Positions 51,744 to 63,089 of a stretch of 64,000 nucleotides of DNA are shown in pieces. A model generated the notes under the pieces. It was not told where the DNA came from. It saw nothing but the letters and a program-made list of their open reading frames with translations, and made no database searches. The number at the start of each line of letters is the position of its first letter. Positions within the stretch are counted from its first letter, which is position 1. The translations under genes were made by a program, and so were the position numbers. Source of the DNA: Glaucostegus cemiculus (taxonomy: Eukaryota); NCBI GenBank assembly GCA_976551045.1, contig CDPCPM010000076.1, forward strand, positions 31,310,001 through 31,374,000. The letters are read 5' to 3'.

Positions 51744-51779
51744 CCGCAGTTCTGGGAGAATTGCACCAGGGGGCAGTGC
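51744..51779 (+). promoter_or_regulatory. Candidate CTCF site with upstream (U) motif
   Basis: Core TTGCACCAGGGGGCAGTG, preceded by CGCAGTTC at about the spacing expected for the upstream TGCAG motif. It lies in non-repetitive DNA. This is a motif match only. Confidence 0.5.
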
Positions 51780-53199
51780 AGGTACAAAAACTGGTTGAGC
51801 CAACTTGCAGGGACCAAAACCACAAGAGAGCAGTGTACCATCAAAATCAGTTATATATTCCAGAACAAAATCAATTACTCATTAAATTGTATTGGCCAAA
51901 CCTCATCCCATAACACTCTGAAGGGAATCCTTACTGTGGCCCTTTCATTTGCAAACACAGCTTATAACAAGTCCTTTCAAGGAATTCAATAAGTATGATT
52001 TTTTAGTTGATTGGTAAATTCATCATAACCAACAATCAATGTACTTATTTTACTAAACAGTTAATAAAAAAGATTCCTGAATTAAATTTGCAATCCACAT
52101 TTGTCGGTCAGTAATCACTATGTGTTGTTTAATAGCTTTAATTTTTTTAAAATCTGATAGGGTCATGTAGGTAGTCATTGATTTCATGTTGTGCTTTCCC
52201 TGAATGACAGAATCTGCCAAACCTAAAGATTTTGCTGTCAGTGGATGCGTATTTTGTACACCATTGTAAACTCATGTCAGTTCTGTGCACTAGGTTGACT
52301 GGGGCTAAGAGCCTGCTCAGGGATGTTGCATTGTCAAATAGTGTTTATGTTATTCTTTATAGCGATTTTCTTATTATTTTGTCATATTAGATGACTTCAT
52401 TGAAGAACTGGAAACGCTGAGAAGAAATAAAACAGAAACCATTGTAAATACTTCACAGGCCAAGCAGAGAGAAAGAGACAGAGTGAATTTCCTCTGATAC
52501 CATGGGACCATTCAGATCACTCCTCCTTCTTGAATTGTCATTCCTTCATTGTTGCAGGGACAAAGCCCTGAAAATCCCATCATAACAATATCGTGGAAGC
52601 ACCCTCAGCATGAGACGCAGTGTTTGATCAATGAATGCTTATCAGAACTAAGAATACTTAGAGGTAAAGCACGTTTCAGGATGCAGAGAAAGGGGTTAGA
52701 GTAAATAGCAAAAGAGTGCTGATAGTGGTGGTGATGGTAAGAGGAAAATAACTATCTTAAGTCAGCAGAGGAATGTGGAATGAATACTAAAAGTCTGAAA
52801 TCAAATTGCCAGAAACACCGATTACCTGACTGTTGAACTGAATGTTGGATGCAGTACCATCTCCTCCACACTGTGGAGACCAAGCCACAGCCAGTTTTTC
52901 ACCTCTCTCTGGTCTCTCTATCTTAGTTTCCTGCATGTTGTGATAAAGGTCAATACAAGCTCAGAAACTCATCCGCCAACCAGGTATATTCACAGTCCTT
53001 CAGACTTAACACTCTGACTGCCCGACATGTATTTCCAGCATTTCCTATTTTTATTTCAGATTCCCAGCAACTGCAGTATTTTGCTTTTGTAACACAAGAA
53101 TATCAACAAGCGTTATCATTGAGAACATGACTCTTTTCGATATTTATTTATGAACGAGGCTTAGGTACACAGTGCATTGTTTCAAAAGCTGTAGGATCC

Positions 53200-54523
53200 T
53201 CTGCCATGCACTCTGCACTATATCACTTAGAGAAGAAGGATTCATACTGCCGACTGCTATTCATCGACTTCAGCTCCGCTTTCAATACCATCATCCCGCA
53301 ACAGCTAATCAGGAAGTTGAGCACTCTGGGCATTAACTCTCCTCTCTGCAACTGGATACTGGATTTTCTAACTTGCAGGCCGCAGTCAGTCAAAATTGGT
53401 GAAAACACCTCAGGCACCATCACACTGAGCACTGGCTCCCCACAGGGTTGTGTGCTCAGTCTGCTCCTGTTCACCTTGTTGACTCACGACTGTGAGGCCA
53501 GATCCAGCTCCAACCGCATTGTTAAATTTGCCGATGACACGACAGTGGTGGGTCTTGTCACGAATGACGATGAGAGGAGGTGAAACAACTAGCCGTGTGG
53601 TGCTATGACAACAACCTCCCCTTGAATGTGGATAAAACCAAGGAGATGATAGTGGATTTTAGGAGGGGTCACCGTGTGCACGCCCCACTGACCATCAACG
53701 GGTCTGCTGTGGAACAAGTACGCAGCACCAAGTTCCTGGGGGTGCACATCACTGACGACCTGACCTGGTCCACTAACATTACAGCCCTCACGAAGAAAGC
53801 TCAGAAACGCCTCTACTTCCTGCGGAGACTGAGGAAAGCGTACCCCCATCCCTCCGTCATGAAAACCTTCTATAGGGGGACCATTGAGAGCATCCTAACT
53901 CAATGTATCACTGTTTGGTTTGGAAGCTGCTCAGCTGCTGGGCGGAAGTCCCTCCAGAAGATAGTTAGGGCTGCAGAGTGGATCATAGGTGTCTCGCTTC
54001 CTTCCCTCGCAGACATATACAAAGACCGTTGTGTGAGGAAGACCAAAAGCATAATGGCCGACCCTTCTCACCCCTCCTACCACCTCTTTACAATTTTGCC
54101 ATCAGGGAGGAGGCTTAAACGTATCAGGGCAAGAACGACCAGGCTGAACAATAGCTTCTTTCCGCAAGCCATCAGAACTGCAAACTCTCTCATTCCTCCA
54201 TCTTCCTTTGTTAACACTAAGAGATGCTAGGTGCACAGAAATGCACCAGCACTTTAAATGCCCGACACCAGCCCGTTCACTTTAAGAACTATTTATTTAT
54301 TTATCAGCCATTTTTAATTTAATCTGAGTACTAATTTAATTTTAACTTCCGTAGTTTTTAATGTTTAATGTTTTTTAATGTTTATTCTGTCAAGTGTGTA
54401 TGTGTGTCTCTGTTGGTTGTTATTTTATGGGACGAGCACCTGAGGAGGACGGTATCTCGCTCCTATGCATACTATGTATGTATATGGTTGTGACAATAAA
54501 ACTGATTCTGATTCTGATTCTGA
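53200..54523 (+). mobile_element. Rex1/Babar-type LINE, 5'-truncated, RT with one frameshift
   Basis: [33 protein letters not shown], frameshift at ~53580, then KKAQKRLYFLRRL and LPSGRRL...NSFFPQAIR. Tail aataaaac(tgattc)x3. Confidence 0.95.
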
Positions 54524-54589
54524 TATAAAACTCAGAACTGTGAAAGCTGCAGAAAGACTGTGAAATAGAGGGATAAATGAAAGTTGAAA

Positions 54590-55325
54590 TTTAATCCAAG
54601 AGATGTAAAAAAAAATATGTGTTGGTAAAAAGAATGATGAGAAGCCATATAACCTAAATCGTAAAACTTTGATGGGGATTGGGAATGAAGCAACCTTGAG
54701 GTGCATGACCACAAAATTATGAAGGTGCAGGTTTTAGTAAGCAGTAAAACGATATTCAGAATCCTTACCTGAATAACTACAAAAACAAGGAAATAATCTT
54801 TGTAAAACAGCTTGGGTATTGTGTTCATTTTTGAGTGCCACCTTTAAGGAAGGATGCAGTAAAAAAAAGAAGGTAGAATAATGGTTGAAGGACTTTGGAA
54901 ATGTGGAGAGACTGGAGGAGCTGGTGTCGTTCTCTGCAAATTGGAGAAGGTCAAAAGGAGATTTGGTGAAGCTCTTCAAAGTTATGAATGGTGCCGAGTA
55001 ACTGTTTCCAATAGCAACTAGGCAGCAATCGGAGCGCAGATTTAAGGTGATTTACAAAAGAACCAAAGGTAGCATGCAGAAATATCTTCTTATGAAGGGA
55101 GCTGTTGTTGTCTCTAAAGCAGAGCCTAAAATGAATCTGGAGGCAGATTCAGGAGTAATGTTTCAAAAAGAATTTGACAAATATTTGAAAGCTATAAAAT
55201 TACAGGCTTCTGAGGAAAGAATAGTAAACTGGAATTAACTGGAATTCTCGATCAAAGAGCAGGAACTGATGTGGGAGGCTGAACACTTGTGCCGTATCAT
55301 CCTCTAGTTCCATCAATTCCTATGT
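54590..55325 (+). mobile_element. Old decayed CR1 3' region
   Basis: gagtgccacctttaaggaaggatg, gagactggaggagctggtgtcgttctc...gaaggtcaaaaggagatttggtgaagctcttcaaagttatgaatgg (RSKGDLVKLFKVM). Confidence 0.7.
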
Positions 55326-56277
55326 GATCTCACAAATAAGAGCTTTACAGACTTTGATGAACAACGTTGACTTATGGGCTCTAGAATTCTCCACATCCTG
55401 TATATTTTTACTCCTTGACCACAAGTGAGGCAAATAAATTAATGTACTTCTCTTCTTTTATCTACAGAAACTCTCACGCACTGCAATGCATACCAGACAA
55501 AGTATAGTGGATTGGGATAATCTCCAAGGCTTATTCGGTTGCTATTTTTGAAAAGACCTTTGAGAGTGGAACAAATTTACTTGCCAAGAAATATTCCTTT
55601 TCTCTGTGTGAAGTATTTGATTGCTGTTCAGTGCCTATCTGTGAGGATAAAGTTGACAGTTAAGGCTCAGAACCTGAACAACTGTGAGTACAAAATAGTA
55701 TCCATGCCATTTGGCAGAGAGGCTCAGTGTTAAAATCATGAAGTTAAGGGGAGGATCCATGTTGGCAGATCTCCTGCTGTGATGTGCTATCTTCAATCTT
55801 TCCATTAGCTTTTTAGACAATCTAATGCTCTAGTGCGTGAAATGTGAGAAAGCACATTATAATATGGAAATTGATTTAAATTATCTCCCTGGTGAATTCC
55901 TAATCTTCTCATTCACAACACATGCTGCACTTAGCCTGCCTATATAAAATAAGCAATAAAGGCCGGTTTTAATTGCTGGGGTTTTCATTATTGCAAACCA
56001 AATGCTTAAACTGCCCGTTTTATTGAGTGTTGCACTCTAATTTACTTTTTTTTTGGAGAGGGTCTCTTCTGTTTGCAGCAACAGTGGTTTTCTTCCACCC
56101 AGACTGCTATTTTTACAGATGTTGACGTCTGCCTCCAAGTATCTGAGAACAGCTAGTGTCACAGGTTCCACCTTACCAGGGAGGCGTTGGATTGAGTCAG
56201 GCCATCTGCTTGTCAGCCCTGCTTCCAAGAACAGTTCTCCTGCATCTAAGACAGAAACAACTGTGTTTTCAATGTCT

Positions 56278-56655
56278 TACTCCAGGGACCTGAGCACATA
56301 ATCTAGACTAATATTTATTTGCAGTGCAAAGTAAGTGGTTCAACATTAGAGGAGCAATCGTTTGGATGAGATGTTAAACTCAGGCTCTGTTTGCTCTCAC
56401 ATGTGTACTAAAAGATCCAAAGGCATCATTTGAAGGAAAGCAGGAGGGTCTCTCCGGTGAGCTGCCCATCACTTATCCCTCAAATAACCAAGATGATTTG
56501 CTCATTTATTTTATTGCTCTTTGTGGGATCTTGTTGTGTGAAACTTGCTTGCTGTGCTTTCTACATTACACCCACGACTACACTTCAAAAGAATGTTATT
56601 AGCTGTAAAGTGCATTGGGACATTCTGAGGTCATGAAGGATGTTATAGAAGCTGT
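56278..56655 (+). mobile_element. SacSINE1-like Deu-SINE (Deu domain and 3' tail)
   Basis: gagcacataatctag...ggatgagatgttaaactcaggc...taaaagatcc...ttatccctcaa...tttgtgggatcttg...gactacacttcaaaag...gctgtaaagtgcattgggacattctgaggtcatgaagg. Confidence 0.8.
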
Positions 56656-58026
56656 TCACTTTTAATGGCTGTGACTGTGGCTGCAGTACTGAACTTTCAA
56701 GCCTTGGCTGCTTCCAAGGAATGTAGACAATATCCATCAATCTGAAGTGCACAGATTCATCAAGCAGGTGTCTGATACATTACAGACCAGTGCAGGTTCT
56801 GTCATCATTTCTCCATGTAAGACCAGCACCAGAATGAGAGGAATACTGCAATTCTTCCTCATGGTAGGATTATCCAAAGTCCTGAGCATTATTGATGACT
56901 CTCAGACACAATGCCAAAGCAATGATTAAACACTGGAGTTACTACTCTATCAATGTCAACAAGTCGGTGGCCACCGGCATAAGATGATGCTGGTAAATGC
57001 CCACATCCCATGCAGTAGTAATGATTCCTTTGTTTTATTTCAGCACTCTGGAGCAGTGTTATTTGAAGGAGAATAAAAATGTGCTCCGGGAAATTAAGAC
57101 CGCTTCCTTCCTTAATTCATTACAGCCACTCAAAAGCTAGGACCACCAAATTAAAGCAAATATAGTTAAGCAACAGTAATTATCAGAAAACCTTATGACG
57201 AGGCAGATTTAAACTACATCACAGAATGGACTATTTTTGGCACTTGTGTGCAAAATGACAACCACACATAAGCACAAATCAATATATCACACCTTAAAAT
57301 GAGTTGTTCATGAAGAGTGCTTTGGAGAATTGTTGAGAAATTTGACTAATTTGACGCTCTTTTGTTCACTTCTTTTTGTTCCCTTTACTCTTTCCCTTTG
57401 GTTCATGCTTCCTATCCCTTCTTTAACTCTTTTCAAGTTGTGGCCTTCTTTCTCTTTATTCTGCAATGTGAATATAGAACAACAGACAGGAAAAGGACAC
57501 CCCCACTTGGTCTATGCAGCCTGTAACACAGTGTATATATTGTGTATCACAATATATAGACTCTGCCCAAAATCCTGTGATCTCTTGAGAAAGGCAAAAA
57601 AACAAGTAAAACTGTTGGCCAATTTGTGAGAAGTCTGGGAAATTCTCTCCTACTTGCATGATCAAACCTAATCTAAAAGATTCTGGTACGGACAAGAAGA
57701 ATGCCATTCTGAATACAATACATACCATGAAAAATGAATGGTGGATTTGTATTAAGCAAATGGCCTGGCTATCTGCACTAATCTGAATGATCTCTGACAC
57801 AATGCTGGATGCAGGTCCTAAACTGTATTTCTGCATTGCTGAGTCAAAGATAGGTTAAGTTATCGAGGTTGCTTTTCATGACCCCTATTTAGCAAAACAT
57901 TACTATTCATTCAGGGTTCCAGGCATTTTTTACTTTGTGAGTCCTACGCATAAATGAATCATGGAAGATGTCAGGTTTGTTCTCAACTGCAAGCCATTGC
58001 ATACTTAAATAACTTCTCACATAATG

Positions 58027-58145
58027 GCCAGGGTATAGAGGTATTGTGGTGCAGCAGAACCTGTGAGACTATTCCTTGTGAAAGAACGGAGAGCCATAGT
58101 CAGAAGGAATACAGTTAATGTAGGAACCAATGATATGCCTAAGAA
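58027..58145 (+). mobile_element. CR1 ORF1 SGNH-esterase relic
   Basis: gccagggtatagagg (ARV...) and gttaatgtaggaaccaatgatatg (VNVGTNDM, the GTND block). Confidence 0.45.
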
Positions 58146-59000
58146 CCAGCCTTCAAACTAATTCAGAATGAGAACAGAAAATTCTGGAATCACTGAAAAG
58201 ATCAAGTAGTATCAGGCAAAGAGGAGCAAAGTAGGCAATTTAGGCTGAAGAGCCTTTGTCAGAATTGAGAGTAAAAGAGAAGACAAGCGAGATTGAAGTT
58301 GCAGAGAAGGTAGGGAGGGGTGGATAAGAGAAAGGAAATATCTCTGATAGTGATGCCAGGATTGCCATGAGGGAAAGTTGAAGAGGACAACTGGTTGATG
58401 GGTGAATGGAGAGATGGGGGGGCGGTGGCTGAGGGGGTTAGGGACAGAGAATACGAAGAAAGGAACTTACCCAGTAGTGAAATGCAGTAGGACATGCTTG
58501 TTAGGTCAGGTTGTGCTGAGAGAGAAAGTCTGAGTCAATGACATAGATCAATGACATGGCCGTTCTGACACAGACAGAGAAAGAAAGTTACCTGAAGTTG
58601 TAGAATTTGATATCAAGTACGGAGGGCTGCCATTGTAGCAGTACAGGGAACAACAGATAGATGGGTCATTGGGAGTGGGAAGGAGAATTAATGAGGCAGG
58701 CAACAAGAACCATCTGTGGAAAATGAAACAGAGCTAACAATCGAGGTCAGAGAGCCTTCGTCAGGGCTAGAAAGGAGGAAAAATTTTATATATATATAAA
58801 ATTGCAGGGAGTGTGGGGAGGGGTGGATAGGATAAAAGGAATCTCTCTGATAGAGATTCTGCAAGGTCACTCCTGCAGAATGAACACAGATGCTCTACAA
58901 AGCTGTCACCCAATCTGCCTTTGGTTTCTCCAGCGTACAGAAGACCACACTGTGAGCACTGAATGCTGTAAATTAGAGTAGAAGTAGTGCATGTGAATCA

Positions 59001-59907
59001 GAATCAATTTATTGTCACTTTCACGTATACATGAAGGTGAGATATCGTTTCTCTACAGGCCAATGTGCAAAAGACATCAAAGACAACAAACATCAAAACA
59101 TTAACAGCCCCCAGCCTCACCCCGCACCGACGACAACCTCCAACCCCCGCAGTCCCACAACCTCAGGGCCCACAGTCCATCAACAACCTCCGGCCCGCAG
59201 TCCGACCGTCCGACCACCTCCGGCCCCGCAGTCCGACCACGACCACCTCCAGCTCCTTCGCCTCCGGCCTCGCAGTCCGACCACCTCCGGCTCCTTCGCC
59301 TCCGGCCTCGCAGTCCGACAACCTCCGGCCCCGCAGGCCAACGACCTCCGGCTCCGCAGTCTGACGACCTCCAGCCCCGAATTCCGGCTCCGCAGTCCGA
59401 CGACCTCCAGCCCCGAATTCCGGCTCCGCAGTCCGACGACCTCCAGCCCCGCAGACCGGCTCCGCAGTCCGACGACCTCCAGCCCCGCAGACCGGCTCCG
59501 CAGTCCGACAACCTCCAGCCCCGAATTCCAGCTCCGCAGTCCGACGACCTCCAGCCCCGCAGACCGGCTCCGCAGTCCGACGACCTCCAGCCCCGCAGGC
59601 CGACCACCGGACCTCCAGCCCGAGCAGCCCCCTCATCGCCCGCATCCCGACGCCACCACGAGGCTCCAGGGCCTTCGACACGCTGCCGCCTCCGATGAGC
59701 TCCGACGAGCCATCGGAGCCGTCAGTACAGACAACGTCTCCATAAAAACGAACCCAAGCACACAAACATCAGAAACAAAGAACACACACACAAAAAAAAG
59801 CAAAAAAACCACTAAAAGACTAACAAAAAAACACAAGCACTACAGACCTGTGAGAGGCCGCTGCAACTGTGTGCGCCGCCATCTAAAAAATAAATAAATA
59901 AATAAAT
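59001..59907 (-). mobile_element. Composite non-autonomous retroelement: (TTTA)n, YY1-motif 5' end, GC-rich VNTR, Rex1-type 3' end, (ATTCTG) tail
   Basis: The minus strand starts (ttta)n-ttttt-AGATGGCGGCGCAC and ends cctgtagagaaacgatatctc...gtgacaataaattgattctgattc, matching the Rex 3' end at 54440-54520. The host PLE rejoins across aatca (58996-59000 / 59908-59912). Confidence 0.75.
59349..59600. repeat. 36-bp CpG-rich minisatellite, 7 units, with related degenerate units at 59140-59348
   Basis: Unit cggctccgcagtccgacgacctccagccccg(aattc|cagac). Variant order E,E,A,A,E,A,A'. Confidence 0.95.
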
Positions 59908-60362
59908 AATCACTGCTTCACTTGGAAGTACGTGGATGGTGGGTAGGGAAGAATGAAAAAGACAGGCGTGACATCTCCTACAGTTGTATGGGAAAGGGCC
60001 ATAAGACTGGCAGTGGTAAGTGGGGACAGAAAATTGGACCATGGAGTCATGAAGGGAGTACTTTGTTTTTGAAACGCTCAGAAGGCGAATATGGGTCTGA
60101 CAGTGGAATCTTGTCGAAGCTGATAGAAATTGTAAAGAATGATCAGCTGAAGAGGTGGAAAGTAAGGACCAAGGGAATCTGATCCTTATTCTGGCTGGGA
60201 GGAGAAAGGGTGAGGGAAGAGGTGCAAAAAATAGATGAGATGCAGTCAAGGGATCTGTCAACCATGGTACAGGGGGAAGCCGTGTTCAGGAAGGAAGGCA
60301 CGTCAGATACACCTTAAAACCAACAGTCATTTTAAAGTAGAAGTGTTTTGCACCATTGTATT

Positions 60363-60690
60363 TGGGCAGCAGCGTGCACAGCTGGTAGAACTACCGTCTC
60401 ACAATCCCAGTGAGCTGGGTTCAATCCTGTCAATGTGGAGTTTGTTGACTGTGTGAAGTTTGCATATTCACCTAGGGACCACATGGGTTACTTCCTGGTA
60501 CTCTAGTTTCCTCCTGCATCCCAATGATGCACTGATTGGTAGAATAATTGGCAACTGTAAAATTGACCCTAGGTGTAAGTGAGTGATAAACTTTGGGTGG
60601 AATTGATGGAAATGTAGAGAAAATGAAATGGGTACTTGAACTTGATGGGCCCATTTTCACATTGTGCGACTCTGAACTACAAACTCCCTC
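60363..60690 (+). mobile_element. Decayed HE1-like SINE
   Basis: Head cagctggtagaact...ctgggttcaatcc, core gtttcctcctgcatccc, and aattggcaactgtaaaattgacccta. Confidence 0.7.
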
Positions 60691-60744
60691 TGACTGAATC
60701 TTATGCATTAGACCACAGGAGTTCCCAGATGACTACCCTCTCAC

Positions 60745-61985
60745 AGAAACATAGAAAACCTACAGCACGATGCAAGCGCTTCGGCCCACAAAGCTGTGCC
60801 GAACATATCCCTACCTTAGAAATTACTAGCCTTACCCATATCCCTCTATTTTTCTCAGCTCCATGTACCTATCCAAAAGTCTTTTAAAAGACCCTATCGT
60901 ATCTGCCCCCACCACCGTTGCCGGCAACCCACTCCATGCACTCACCACTCTGAGTAAAAAACGTACCCCTGACAACTCCCCTATACCTACTCCCCAGCAC
61001 CTTAAACCTATGTCCTCTTGTGGCAACCATTTCAGCCCTGGGAAAAAAGCCTCTGACGATCTACACGATCAATGCCTCTCATCATCTTGTACACCTCGGT
61101 CAGGTCCCCCCTCATCCTCCATTGCTCCAAGAAGAAAAAGCCGAGTTCCCTCAACCTGTTTTCATAGGCGTGTTCCCCAATCCAGGCAGCATCCTTGTAG
61201 ATCTCTTCTGCACCCTTTCTATGGCTTCCACATCCTTCCTGTAATGAGGTGACCAGAACTAGGCACAGTACTCCAAGTGGGATCTGACCAGGGTCCTATA
61301 TAGCTGCAACATTACCTCTCGGCTCCTAAATTCAATTCCACGATTCATGAAGGACAATACACCATATGCCTTCTTAACCACAGAGTCAACCTGCACAGTC
61401 GCTTTGAGCGTCCTATGGACTCGGACCCCAAGATCCCTCAGATCCTCCACACTACCAAGAGCTCTATCATTAATACCATGCTCTACCATATTTGACCTAC
61501 TAAAATGAACCACTTCACACTTATCTGGGTTGAACTCCATCTGCCACTTCTCAGCCCAGTTTTGCATCCTATCTATGTCCCTCTGTAACCTCTGACAGCC
61601 CTCCATACTCTCCACAAAACCTCCAACCTTTGTGCCATCCACAAACTTACTAACCCATCCCTCCACTTCCTTATCCAGGTCGTTTATAAAAATCACAAAG
61701 AGTAAGGGTCCCAGAACAGATCCCTGAGGTACACCACTGGTACCGACCTCCATGCAGAATATGACCCTTCAATAGCCACTCTTTGCCTTCTGCGGGCCAG
61801 CCAGTCCTGGATCCTAGCTTCCTTACTTTTTCAATAAGCCTTGTATGGGGTACCTTATCAAATGCCTTGCAGAAATCCATATACACTACATCTACTGCTT
61901 TCCATCAATTGACATGTTTAGTCACATCCTCAAAAAAGTCAATCAGGCTCGTAAGGCAGGACCTGCCTTTGACAAAGCTGTGCTG
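60745..61985 (-). mobile_element. CR1 LINE, 5'-truncated, with internal deletions
   Basis: YMDFCKAFDKVPH, GVPQGSVLGPLLFVIFINDL, KFVDGTK and RSHLEYCA. Tail acagaaacatagaaaacc. Confidence 0.95.
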
Positions 61986-63089
61986 ACAATGCTCTCACCA
62001 AAAATGGTCATGGTCACATTTGATGGACTGTCAATCACCTGTCACGCATTATCATTGCCCAAAGTATTTTTTTGGAGGTTCTTCTAACTGATCTGTGCCA
62101 TGTATTTATTGTGCTGAACTGAGACCTGTTAGATATACTGCTCTGGACTCGGAGCTGCTTTTCAATCATGAGATCCTTATCCTTCACCATATCTCATAGC
62201 TTAAGGAGCAGAATAGCTTGAAGAAAATTGAAGGAAGGAAAAAGCTAGTTCATTTTTGATGGACATTTCCTCTCTCTGGAGAAAGCTATTTATCAAAGGA
62301 ATACTTGTACACGTCTCAGCCGCAATTTTTGGGAATCAACTGGACACCTATTACTCATGCCATTACTTATCCATTACAGTGTGAATATTTGAAAATTGTA
62401 CTAAATAACACTGAGGAATTGTGCACCTGAATAATGTTATTGCCTGTTTCCTGGCATATGATCCTGCCATCCATCTCCAGCAAGTATCTGTATTGTTGCC
62501 AAGATGGTTGTAAAATAATTGTATCATGTTGCCAGTCATGAAAACACTTCTAAAATCTAAAACCCAAACCTAATTTTTAAGTGGTTAAATTGTTTGTTCT
62601 GTAACTTTTCAAAAGGATGAATTTTCCCCATTTTTGTTTTACTCTGCTCTGAAGTATAAAAATGATAATGAGTGCAGAAGTCATTTGCCAAGCTCATGGT
62701 CATTTGAGGAATGCAGATGGTGACTATTGGCAACTGTAAAATTGCCCTCAGGTGTAAAGTGAGTGGTAAATTCTGGCTGAAATTGATGGAAATGTGGAGA
62801 GAATGAAATGGGGACTTGGACTTGAACTTGGCTTGTTTTCATGCTATGTGACACTGAACTACAAATGCCCTTTGCCTGAACCTTATACACAAGACTATGA
62901 GAGTTCCCAGATGACTACTGTTTGCTGGAAAGTGTTTGTCTAGAAACCATCTCTCCCGTTCTGAATTATAGAAGTAAGACTAATGGCTGCAGTTTGGGTA
63001 ATTGCTTTTTCTCTCAACTTTCAACTATTTTGCTTTGACTATTTTACATGCATTATTTTTGACTCTGCCCCTCCAAAGATCTTTGCAAT

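Larger units (their letters stand above)
58165..60300 (-). mobile_element. Penelope-like element (GIY-YIG endonuclease region, pLTR pieces), interrupted at 59001-59907
   Basis: The minus strand gives YGPFPYNCRRCHACLFHSSLPTIH (~59940-60010) and CGLLYAGETKGRLGDSFVEHLCS (58959-58881). A decayed hammerhead core CUGACGA is at ~58757-58763. Confidence 0.8.

Noticed and set aside
59349-59600. 36-bp repeats as a CRISPR array
   Set aside because: The units are head-to-tail with no unique spacers, there are no cas genes, and the context is vertebrate DNA.
59031-59897. 288-aa Ser/Thr/Pro-rich ORF as a mucin-like host gene
   Set aside because: It lies wholly inside, and antisense to, an inserted retroelement. 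The GC-rich 36-bp repeat explains the open frame.
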